In this document: positions 38,101 to 49,470 of the stretch, piece after piece | Position numbering within the stretch: the stretch's first letter is position 1 | Layout of the letters: every line of letters begins with the position of its first letter | Source: Protoeuglena noctilucae | Lineage: Eukaryota | Direction of reading: 5' to 3' | Length of the DNA stretch: 64,000 nucleotides | Assembly (NCBI GenBank): GCA_958009085.1 | Contig: OY253674.1 | Location: forward strand, 62,001 to 126,000 | Notes under the pieces: generated by a model | Seen by the model: only the letters and a program-made list of their open reading frames with translations | Told to the model about the DNA's origin: nothing | Databases searched by the model: none | Made by a program: the position numbers and the translations under genes

Positions 38101-41100
38101 GCGCGCCGGGCTCTACATGCGCGCGCTCCAGCACTACACGGAGATCTCGGACATCAAGCGCGTCATTGGTGAGGGGGGGAAGGGGTGGGGTGCTGTGCGG
38201 CGTCGTGTGCGCTTGTGGTGCGCATGCCGTACCTATCGGCACTCTCGGCATCTCATGCCCTGTGCATGCTAGCAGCATGCCCCAGTGCTCGCGCCCGCCT
38301 CCCTTCTGCGTTAATGACCCTTACCAGATGTCCTGTCGAGATAATCACCATATTTCCCGCACCATGCCCCTGCAGTCAACACGCACGCCATCCCGCAGAA
38401 CGAGCTGGTCGAGTACTTCGGGTCCCTCTCTGCCGACTGGGCCCTCGAGTGCCTCAAGGAGCTGCTGGTGAGGGAGGGAGACGCGTGGGGTGTACGAATG
38501 AACATCCAAAGCACCCGTGCACGCCCAGCCCGCACCCGCACCCGCACCCGCACCCGCACCGTCACCCCACCACCCACTCCCTCTTCCCTTTCTCCCCGTC
38601 TGTTGTCCCACCCGCTGGCTCTCATCCCACCCTCTCCCCCTCCCCCACCCCCACCCCCGCAGAGCAACCTGCAGCAGAACCTGCAGCTGGTGGTCAACGT
38701 GGCGCGCGAGTACCGCGAGCAGCTGACGGAGGAGAAGATCCTCGAGATGTTCGACTCCCGCAAGTGCCACCAGGGAGTGTTCTTCTTCCTACAGAGCTTC
38801 ATCATGAACACCGACTCGGTCGGTGAGACGTGCGGCGGACACTTGCATGTAGGCGCATGTAGGCGCACAGACTTCTACTCGCACGCCTCGCTTGTTTTGG
38901 CACCTTGCGCATACTCTCACGCAGCCCCTGCGCCCCCCTGCTCGCTGCCTTCAGTGCCTTTCCGCACACCCGCACTCGTACCCCCACCCGCACCTGCACA
39001 CCCCCACCCACCCCCCACCCCCCACCCCCCCATCTCCCCCCAGACCTGCACTGCCGCTACGTGGAGGCCGCGGCCCGCACGGGGCAGGTGAAGGAGGTGG
39101 AGCGCATGACGCGGGAGTCCGAGCACCTGGACCCCCCCCGCATCAAGGCGTTCCTCATGGAGGCGCGGCTGCCGGACATGAGGCCGCTGGTGAGTGTGTA
39201 TAGTGTGTAGAGAGAGAGATGGGGCGTGTAATCAGAGGTGTGCGTGTTTGGACTAAGGCTGGTTTGGATGAAAGTGTATTGCAGGCAATTCGGGCGTGGG
39301 TTGACTGTACTTTCGACGGCTACGATTCGCATCCCTCGCTCACCAGCCGTCACTCCCCTGCCCTCTCAGATCAACGTCTGCGACCGCTACGACATGGTCT
39401 ACGACATGACCACCTACCTCTACAAGCAGGGGCTCACCCGGTGAGACTAACAGCGACGCATGCATAGACATGACACGCAAGCGCCCACACGACTCGCACC
39501 CAACCCCACAGCCCCACTCGCCGACCCCCGACACCCCCACACCACCCAGCAGCCCCCATTCACCCATTGACATCCACCCTACCACCCCCACTCACCCCCC
39601 ACCCACCGCTCACACACCAACACCCCCACCCCCCTCAAACCCCCCCAGCTACATCGAGGGCTACTGCCAGAAGGTGTCCCCCAGCAAGACGAGCGAGGTG
39701 TGCGGCGCATTGCTCGACCTGGACGCCGACCAGGCGTTCCTCAACCAGCTGATCATCAGCGTGCGGTCGCTGCTGCACGTGGAGCCCCTGGTGGCCGAGT
39801 TCGAGAAGAGGTACAAGCTCAAGCTCCTCTCGCCCTTCCTCGAGCACCTCGGTGAGGGGGGGTGGTGGGGTGATAGGGATGAGACGGTCATATCGGGTGG
39901 GGTGCGTCGTTGGGTGGGTCGTTGGGACTGACACCGAGTGGCGAGGGCTGTGCTTGGAGCAATCGGTGCTTCTGCTTTGCATAGGCAGTGCTCGGGCCAA
40001 CCCAGGGTATCGCTGCTGGCGCCATCGTGGTCACGTCTGCCATTGTGCATGTGGTCACCCCCTCACCACACCCCCCCCCCCAGTGAACGAGGGCAGCACG
40101 GACGTCCACGTGCACAACGCCCTGGGCAAGATCATGATCGAGACGAACAACAACCCCGAGCACTTCGTCCTGACCAACCCGTACTACGACCCGGTGGAGG
40201 TCGGGCGGTTCGCCGAGAAGCGCGACCCGCAGCTGGCCTGCGTGGCGTACAAGCGCGGGCAGTGCGACGACGAGCTCCTGCGGTGCACGAACAAGAACTC
40301 GCTGTTCAAGGTCCAGGCGCGCTATGTCGTGGAGCGCAAGTCGCCCGAGCTGTGGGCCAAGGTGCTGGATGACGAGAACGAGCACCGCAGGCACCTGCTC
40401 GACCAGGCGAGTGTTATGGGATGGGATGGGTAGACTTGAGATGGGGTGATAGGAGAGCGCCGCAGGCACCTGCTCGACCAGGCGAGTGGGGGATGGGTGG
40501 GGGGATGGAGGGGGTGACAAGAGAGTGGGTGTTAAGAGAGAGTGAACACAACTTCCACTGTGTTGGGTGTAAGCGAAGAGGCGCACTCCATGACACTCGC
40601 CCTTTCGCCCCTCACCACCCCCCACCCCACACCCCCCAATCTCCCCCCCAGGTCGTGGCCCACGTCCTCCCCGAGAGCAAGGACCCCGAGCAGGTGTCGG
40701 TGGCGGTCAAGTCCTTCATGGCGGCAGGCATGCAGGCCGAGCTGATCGAGCTGCTGGAGAAGATCGTCCTCACCAACTCCTCCTTCAGCAACAACGGCAA
40801 CCTGCAGAATCTGCTCATCATCACGGCCATCAAGACCGAGGGGGCGCAGTCGCGGGTGATGGACTACACGAACCGGCTCGACAACTTCGACGGGCCCAAC
40901 GTGGCGGAGATCGGTGAGCCAGGGTGGGGGCGGTGATTGTTACTGTGACTGTGTGGCTGTGGTGGCGATGGCGACTGTGTGACTGTGACGGTGACTGTGA
41001 CTGTGACTACGTCCCTCACCCCCGATCACCCCACCCCACCCCACCCACCCCCCCAGCCGTGGAGTACGAGCTCTTCGAGGAGGCCTTCCACATCTACAAG

Positions 41101-43789
41101 AAGTTCCAACTGCACACGGACGCCATGCGCGTGCTGCTGGGGAACCTCAACGACCTCGACCGCGCGCTCGAGTACGCCACCAAGGCGAGTGTGGTTGTTG
41201 ATGGGTGATAAGTGATGTGAGTGTATTAGTTATGACGGTAACATTGTTAGTATTGGTGCTGTGGGGGGTATTGTGGCGACAGTGGTGCTGATGGAAGGGG
41301 CGCAGTCCAGGCGACCGTTGCGCATTTCGCACTCCCCCTCATCTCCCCATCTCCCCACAACACACACAACACACCCCCTCCTCCCCTCATCCACCCCCCC
41401 ACGCCTCTCCCCCCCCAGGTGGACGAGAAGGACGTGTGGTCAGTCATGGCCGAGGCGCAGCTGGGGGCGGGGCAGGTGGCGGAGGCGATCGGCTCGTACA
41501 TCCGCGCGGAGGACGCGGGCAACGTGGGCGCCGTGGTGGCGGGGGCGGAGGAGGCGGGGTGCTGGGAGGACCTGGTGCGGTACCTCCTCATGGCGCGCAA
41601 GCAGGTCAAGGACGCTCGCGTGGACTCGGAGCTGCTCTTCGCCTACGCCCGCACCGACAACCTCGCGGGCATCGAGGAGCTCATCAACGGGCCGCACATG
41701 GCGAACCTGGAGGTGGCGGGCGACCGGTGCTTCAACGCGCAGCTGTACCACGCCGCCAAGGTGCTGTTCCGCCACATCCCCAATTGGGGCCGGCTGGCCT
41801 CGGCACTCGTCCATCTCCACGAGTTCTCGGCGGCCGTCGACGCCGCCCGCAAGGCCAACAGCATCCGCACGTGGAAGGAGGTGTGCTTTGCGTGCGTGGC
41901 CGAGGGCGAGTTCAAGCTGGCGCAGCTGTGCGGCCTCAACATCATCGTCAACGCCGAGGAGCTGGACGAGGTGTCGCAGTTCTACATGGTGCGCGGCCAC
42001 GTCGACCAGCTGATCGCGCTGTTCGAGTCCGGCATCGGCTCCGATCGCGCCCACATGGGGATCTTCACGGAGCTCGGCGCGCTCTACGCCCGCTTCCGCC
42101 CCGACAAGCTCATGGAGCACCTCAAGCTCTTCACGCAACGCCTCAACATCCCGCGCCTCCTGCGCGTGTGCGAGACGTACCAGCAGTGGCGCGCCCTGGC
42201 CTACCTCTACGTGCACTACGACGAGTTCGACAACGCGCTCCTCGTCATGATGGAGCACTCGCCGGACGCCTGGGAACACGTGGGCTTCAAGGACACGTGC
42301 GTCAAGGTCTCCTCGATCGACTTATACTACAAGGCCATCGAGTTTTACCTGGAGGAACACCCGGACATGCTGGCGGACCTGCTGCGCGTGTTGGAGATCC
42401 GCGTCGACCACGCCAGGGTGGTCGACATCCTCCGGCGCAGGAACCTCCTCCCGCTCATCAAGGACTACCTGCTGTCGGTGCAGGCGAGTGGTATGGGGGG
42501 TGGGCTTGGGGTTAGTGGGGTTTATGTTTATGTGGGTGGGGTGGAGTAGGGGGTGTCACTGGGTGCGGCACGGTGCAGCTGTCGATCTGTTCTCGGGCCA
42601 CGCGCTGACTGGTAGCTGACAGTGACTTGTTCTGCTGCCTATCCGTGCGTTGCAGCATTGCCGCCTGCCCTGCCCTCCCTCACCGCATCACACACCCACC
42701 CCCGCCCTCCCTCACACATCCACCCCTTGCCACTCACCACCCCCACCCCCACCCCCCCCCCCCCCCCCCCAACCCTGCAGAAGGCTAACCTGGCCCCGAT
42801 CAACGACGCCGTCAACGGCCTCCTGATTGAGGAGGAGGACTACGAGGGCCTCCGCGAGTCCATCACCACCCACGACAACTTCGACCAAGTGCAGCTGGCC
42901 TCTCGCCTCGAGAAGCACGAGCTCACGCAGATGCGCCGCATTGCCATCCTCATCTTCAAGCGCAACCTCCGCTGGAAGCAGGCCCTGGCGCTGTGCAAGC
43001 GTGACGGGCTCTGGAAGGACGCCATCGAGGTGGCAGCGCAGGTGAGGGAGATTGGGGGTGGCTGCGTGGTGGCTGTGGACTATAGAGATGCTATTGAGGT
43101 GGCGGCGCAGGTGAGGGAGGGGTGGCTGCGTGGTGGCTGTGGTGTTGGGGTGGCGGCGCAGGTGAGGGGGACATGGAGAGCGGGAGGGGTCAAAGGGTGG
43201 TGGCGGGGAGGGTGGCAGATAGGGCAGGGTGTCCCCCACTCTCATTCCCAATCACTCTCACCCCACATCCCCACCGACACACACACCTAACCCACTCTCA
43301 CCCCCGTCCCTCCCATTCCCCCTCCCCCAGAGCGGCGACCGCGACCTGGTCGAGACGGAGGTCCTCCGCTTCTTTGTGTCTGAGGGCCTGCACACGTGCT
43401 TCGCCTCCGCCCTGTACTCGTGCTACGACCTGGTGCGGCCCGACGTGGTCATGGAGCTCGCCTGGGCCAACGGCCTCACGTCCGTCTGCATGCCCTTCAT
43501 GATCCAGTCCTTCCGGGACCTGCACGCCAAGGTCGACACGCTCATGGCCGAGCGCAAGGAGGCCAAGGCCCGGGAGGCAAAGGAAGAGGAGGGCAAGCAG
43601 GCCCAGCAGGTGCCGGAGCAGCTGGCGGCCATGTACCACCAGCCCCTGGCCCTCCCGGCGCCGGCGCAACTCGTGGGGCAGGCGGGGGCGGGCATGTACG
43701 ATGGGGGGTACGACGGCGGCATGATGGGCATGCCGGCTTCGGGTAACTTGAACATGGGCGGCTACGGCGGTGGCTACGGCGGGTTTTGA
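35143..43789 (+). CDS. CHC: Clathrin heavy chain, ~16 exons
   Basis: [108 protein letters not shown] and [12 protein letters not shown]. Confidence 0.98.
38529..38560. repeat. (CCCGCA)n intronic microsatellite
   Basis: About 5 tandem copies. Confidence 0.85.
40385..40488 (+). repeat. 29-nt exact direct repeat of a clathrin exon end plus GC donor
   Basis: CCGCAGGCACCTGCTCGACCAGGCGAGTG at 40385-40413 and 40460-40488. Confidence 0.95.
40944..41008. repeat. Imperfect (TGTGAC)n intronic microsatellite
   Basis: Tandem TGTGAC/GGTGAC units. Confidence 0.75.
43018..43169 (+). repeat. Three degenerate tandem copies of a clathrin exon end plus GT donor
   Basis: GGTGGC(A/G)GCGCAG|GTGAGGG with donors at 43042, 43111 and 43162. 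Confidence 0.93.
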
Positions 43790-44117
43790 GCGGGGTTTGG
43801 GTTCGAGGGCGCATGGGTCGCGTATGCATGCACCGTAGGGGGACGCCGGCCCTGGCCAATAGCCAATTTTTTGAAATCACACGAGGCGCTACAGTGAGCG
43901 AGAAGAGAGTGATGCGAGACTGCGATGAGCAGAGGTCGCGTTGCACAGCGAGGGTGCCCTGCAGAGCGAGAGAGGATGCCGGGTAGTCGATGGCTCCTTC
44001 TTCGCAACTGACCAACCCCATGTACGTCGCGATTCAAGCATTGGCAGATCCCATATGTGCGCTGAAATGCATAGTACTACAGGTGCCTTGCATCACATTC
44101 CCTTCATCGCCCTGCTT

Positions 44118-45700
44118 TCACGCCCCCTTGGCGCTGGTCCCCGGCAGCCTTGGCGCCCCATCCATGGATGCCGCCATTTCCATCCGCAGCTCCATCGATC
44201 GCAGGCGGAACCCCACGACCATCAGCCACAGCAGCAGCTGGGCCAACTCCACCGCCGTCGACTGGCTGGGGGTCGCCTGGGGCGCAACGGCGAAGGGACA
44301 GAGAGAGTCGACGACATGACTTATAAAGTGCCACAGGCGACCAAAACGAGAGTCTCTCCACGGCGGCAAGGACAGTACTGACTTGGTTTGTTGTCACCTC
44401 GTCCTCAACTCTCACCCCTCTCCTCATCCCACAATCCCACTCCATGCCCCTCACCTTGAGCGTCTCCTCATCCCCCGACCCCAGCAGCCTCGCCACGAAG
44501 CACTCCATCGCCCCCACCACCTCCTCCCCCGCGCCCTCCGTCAACGATCGCATCGCCTCCGCATCCAGGCGCTTCAGATAGTCTAGGATCTGCGATGAGA
44601 CACGAGAAGGCCGGTTGGTTTTGGTTTGGAAGTAAAGGGGTAGTTATCGGAAGGGTTGTGATGGGTATTGTACTATACTGTTCAGTGACAGGGTAGCCCA
44701 TGACTACTAGTCATACCGTCCAGTGACACGCATGGTGGGCAATGACGGATGAGATAAGTGCTGTCGTAAGAAAGGCGGCATTGGGGTGCCCCATTCACTC
44801 GCCTTGTTGCCGGCCGTCCCCTGAGCCAGCCCCTGCTCCCGCAGGCTCCTCCGCAGACTGCGGACCTCCTCCTCCAATAACGCAATGTACTCTTGCGCGG
44901 GCATGCGCTCCGCGCCCTGCTCCATGTGCCACCTCGTGACGTCCCCACGCACACCGTTCGACTGCGTGCCTGGCGCGTACCCTCCCCCTCCCTCCAGGGC
45001 CTCGCCCACCTGCGCGCGCGCAGCGATGCAGCTCCGGCAATGCGCAGCGCGCCCGGCCCGCGGGAGAGCGCGCGTCGACGCCCTCACCTGCACGGCCGTG
45101 CTCGCGCTGCCCGGCAGCAGGGGCGTGGAGTGGGCGGGCAGCGCGAGGGACTGCTGCAGGTCCAGGCGCAGGCTCGCGTTGCAGAAGAGGTACCCGGTCA
45201 TGAGCGTGCTGTAAATGAGCTGCGCCATGTTGTCCCCGCGCGTGGAGATGGTCACGTCGAAGAATGCGGGCGGTAGGGTGCCCAGCATATTGGTGATCGT
45301 CTGGCGCATCGCGTCCACGACCTCTGGAGACGCCTCGCGCGTGAATTGGTCGATCGACTCCACCGGGTCGACCGTGGAGACATACTCCTTCAGAGAAAGC
45401 GTCGGATATCCCACCTCCTTCGACGCCCCGCTCTGCGGCGTGACGGGAAACGAGTCGGAGCGGATTCTGCATCAGATGCCACAGGTCAGGCGGGGCGACA
45501 ACTCTTCTGCGCGGGCGCAGGCGAGCGACGCGGGGGAGAGAAGCGGTCTGTGGTGCCCACCCTCACCTCTGCGCGCACCGCGACCCGCGGACGGCGCTCC
45601 TCCCGCTCGGCACGTCGTTTAAACATGCGCCTGCTCCACTGCCGCGAGTAGTAGCGCGCCGGGCTCCCTGGGCTCCAGGCGTGCACCCTGCACATCGAGC
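44118..45700 (-). CDS. DUF760 family protein (plant/cyanobacterial type), spliced; start uncertain
   Basis: SPEVVDAMRQTITNMLGTLPPAFFDVTISTRGDNMAQLIYSTLMTGYLFCNA...YIALLEEEV...ELAQLLLWLMVVGFRLRSME, giving two DUF760 repeats. Confidence 0.85.
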
Positions 45701-46924
45701 GTGGCCCAGGACGAGAGCTCACGGCCTCCCCAGGAGGGACGTGGAGGGACGCCCAGCACCGCGTCATGGGGTCCGAAATCCGCGAGCGTCTTGGGACGAT
45801 GAACCACCCGCGCGCATCACACTGCTTGCCACCAGTGAAGAAGGGGCTCAGCGGAGTCCAGGCGTGCACGGGCGAGCTGTTGAGACTGCTGGCTTCGTAA
45901 GCCGTCTGCTGCCATGTCACACCGATGGGTGCACTGCAACTCCTGAGTCTGGCACAGCACGAAAACCAAAGAGCCTGCATTTCGATGACCTGGAGCGGCG
46001 GCGGCACACTTCGTTCTCCCAAGGCGCCCCTCCCGTCGAGCAGAGCCACTTGTCCTCGTAGGCGACCTCCAAAAACGTTTTGCTCATACGCTGAGCCCTC
46101 GCACCCCTTGCGTCCCGCTTCCGCCTTTCGCCCTTTCTGCTTATGTTAGCCTGAACCTCGTGGCTGCCGCAACGCCATCCGACGGAGCTTTCGTCGTTAT
46201 TTTGTCACGTGAGTGTCGATGCGGCCACATGGAGGCCCCACCGTTGCCCTGTTAGTGCAAAATGGGGTCAACAGTTGCACGGTAGGACCCGAGGGCGCCG
46301 GGAGCGCGCGCCCGGTCCGGGGTCAGCGTCCTTTGCTGGCACGCCCCGTGGCTTGAGCTTGCCCGTCCCGCCCCGTTCGCGCTTGCACGCAAACGGAACT
46401 TCCGCTGTTTGGGAAGTGCTGGCTCGTCGCCGCGACGGGACGGCCAGCGTGCTTCAGCACGCTGCCTTGACCCCGTTGACTCCCGGCTGTGGCGAGACCT
46501 CCTGTGCGGTCTCCCTCGCACCGAGGCTGCACCCAGCGTGCGCGCGAGTTCCGGAGAGAGTACAGATTGCGACTGCAGACCTGCATGGCCCACCGTCGCG
46601 TCCCGCACGCAGGGGAGCCAGCTGTAGGGGCAGCGTTTGGATTATGGAGGGCGGGTGCCTCAACGGCGGCTGCTTCAAGAAGGGAGGACAGGCCTTTCGG
46701 TGCGTGACAAGACATTTTGTCCGCTGCGGCCCCGCGCGGACCCCGTGCGATGCCGGCGGGGCCGCAGCTACGACCGCAACTCCGATGGGTGTCGTGGGGC
46801 CCCGTTGCTTTTCTGCACACTTCGCTGCGCCCCGGTCGCCTTCGCAAGTCCTTCTGTTAATTATAATCGACCCATCGCGTGCCCCGCGTCCCTCCCCAGA
46901 CCTCCCCCGGATGCTCCACTCCCG

Positions 46925-49152
46925 ATGCTCAACGTCCCTCCCCACGTCGTCCATTTTCTCGCGGACAGCACCCGGGCATCCTCCCCCCGCGACGCCGACC
47001 CCTCCGATCTCACGGAATGGTCTCTCTTCCGCACTCTCCCCATCCGCACGAGGTGCGTTGCCTGCCCGGCCTCACGTGCAGCTCTGCACTGCACGACCCG
47101 ACCCATGCCCTTCCACCCGCCAAACCACCTCCCTGGCGCCCGCAGGATCTGCGTGGTCGTCGGCGGCGTCTGCGGCCTGCTCGTCCTCATCCTGATGGCG
47201 GCCGCCGAGGGGTCCTCCTACCCCAAACTCGACAGTGAGGCTGAGACCTTCGCCTGCCTTTGCAACGCCCCAGGCCAGCTGCCCGGTGAGACTGAGCGCA
47301 GAGCCGAGAGCCCGTCAGGGCGAAGAGCCGCTCTTGCAAAGCGCAACATGTACAACAGTTTCCATTTGTACATCCTTGGCACCCCGCCACACACGTACGC
47401 ACCGCCACCATACACCGTCTCCCCTCCCCTCCCCCGCAGCCAACTGCGGCGTCCGCACGGGTCAGGCCGAGGCGCTGTCAGAGTGGCGCGGCTGGGCGTC
47501 CACGGCCGCCAATCTCTGCTGGTCTGCGCTGTTTTTCTTTCTCATAGGATGCATGGCGCCCTTCCTGGCCGGCAACTGCTGCGCCTGCGATGGCCTCGCC
47601 TCCTGCCCCGGGTGCTACACCGGGCGCGTCACGGGTGAGGGAGCGGGGACGCACAAATAGATAGACTTACCTCAGTCCATTCCGCGAGTCAGGAGTTGGA
47701 ATTGTTAGTGCTGGCAAGCGGCGCATGGCTTGCACTGTTGCTCACCTCTCACCTCCCCCCGCAGCTTCCGCCGTCTCCCTCAGCGCCGCGTGCGTGGGAT
47801 TCGTGGCAGTCGTGCCCTGGATACCCGTCGTGGGCGCAGCAGAGGGGCGGTGGGCCGCGTGCCGCACGGTGGGGAAGAACGATGCGATACCCCCAGGGTC
47901 CTTCGCGGCGGCTGGGGTCCTCGGGGCGGCCGCCTGCTGGGCCGCATCCCTCTTCGCGCACCTCAGCGCCACCAACCCGGAAGCCCTCAGGCGACGGTTC
48001 GCGTCGGCCTCACCGCGCGCCGCTTACGCCGTCGGCAGCCCCACCTCCCGTGCCCCACGGACCTTTGACGTCGAGCAGCCCAACGCCGGGCCCGCCCCGG
48101 CCCCCGCGGCGCCCCCGCTCCACGGCAGCGGCAGCGTCAGTCTCGGGGATGTGACGAACGTGGCGGGTGGGGCAAGGCACCCGGCGCCGCGAAAGGGCGA
48201 GGCGGAGGCGGGCGGGGGTGGGAATCGAACCGAAACACGGCCGGACGGACCGCGCCGCAACGCGAGCTCGCGCCCGGCCATGCCGCTGCGGGGGGGTTGG
48301 GACGGCCCGGCGCAGAGTGGGGCGTCGCATGCGCACGCGGGGGATGGGTACGATGACCTGAGTCGACCCAGTCTCTCGAGCGGGCCTAGCGTGGCGGGCC
48401 CGCCGCCCCGCACGGTCATGCCGGCGCTGCTGCTGGGGCTGGCGGAGCCGGAGGGGGACGCGGGGGCGGCAAGCGTGCCGTGGCCTTCGGTGAGTTGCGG
48501 GGATGGAGTGGGGGGTTGTTACGTGACGTGATGTGATTTGATGTGATGGCGACTGAGTACCAGTGACTGTTGGTTGCTTTGCGACCGTCTCTTGTTGATC
48601 GTTGCCGTCATCGCACTCCTCATGTTATCCCCACCCCAACTCACCAACCACCGTCGCCCCTTTCCTCATCTCGTCCACCTCACTTCTTTCCTTATTCAAA
48701 CCACTTAAGTGAACCCCATCCATCACCCCCCCCTCCCCCCTTTCCCAGGTCCGCCCACACCACATGGCCCCCACCGCTGTCGCCCCTCTCCTCATCTCAT
48801 CCAAACCACTTGCGTAACTTCCCACATCATCTCCCTCCCCTCCCAGGTCCGCCCCCACCCCATGGCCCCCAACGCGGGCCACCTCAGCTCCGGCAGCATA
48901 GGCACGCGACACTCGCACCGGGCATCAAGCGTGAGCGTCTCTGGGGCGATGGAGGAGGGCAGGGAGGGCGCATATGCGGCGAGCGTGAGCGGGAGGGGGC
49001 GAGAGGCGACGGCGGGGGTGGGGGCTGGGGGTGCGGGGGCGGGGGCGGGGGCGGGGGTGGATGGTCATTATGCAGGGGGAACAGCCGCGGGTAAAGCCCT
49101 GGCGAGATTTCTGTCGCGAAAGCAAGGGAACCAACCTGACCTGTACGAGTAG
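46925..49152 (+). CDS. Hypothetical four-transmembrane protein with a Cys-rich loop and long disordered C-tail, 5 exons
   Basis: Hydrophobic segments ICVVVGGVCGLLVLILM, LCWSALFFFLIGCMAPFL, VSLSAACVGFVAVVPW and FAAAGVLGAAACWAASLF, with canonical splice sites. Confidence 0.6.
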
Positions 49153-49470
49153 CATGGTTGGTCGAGATGATTGGTTGCAACAATCGTGCTTGGTCGGTCG
49201 TGCCCATCGCCACCGGCACACGCATGTGTGTGTTTGTGAGCGTGCACCTGCTGCAATCCCATGCACGGTCGCCTATCTCAGAAGATTCAAACAGACGCGA
49301 ACAGTTACTACGACTAAGCCCAGATGCTGAAACAGGGCCCATGCCAAGCCAAGACAGCTACCCTTACAATCAAACGTTCTGGCACCGTCGCCCTCTCTCC
49401 TATTCCCACCCCCACCCCTTCACCCCTTCCCCCCCCACGCCCCTCCACCACCCCCACCCCCCTCGCCCCG

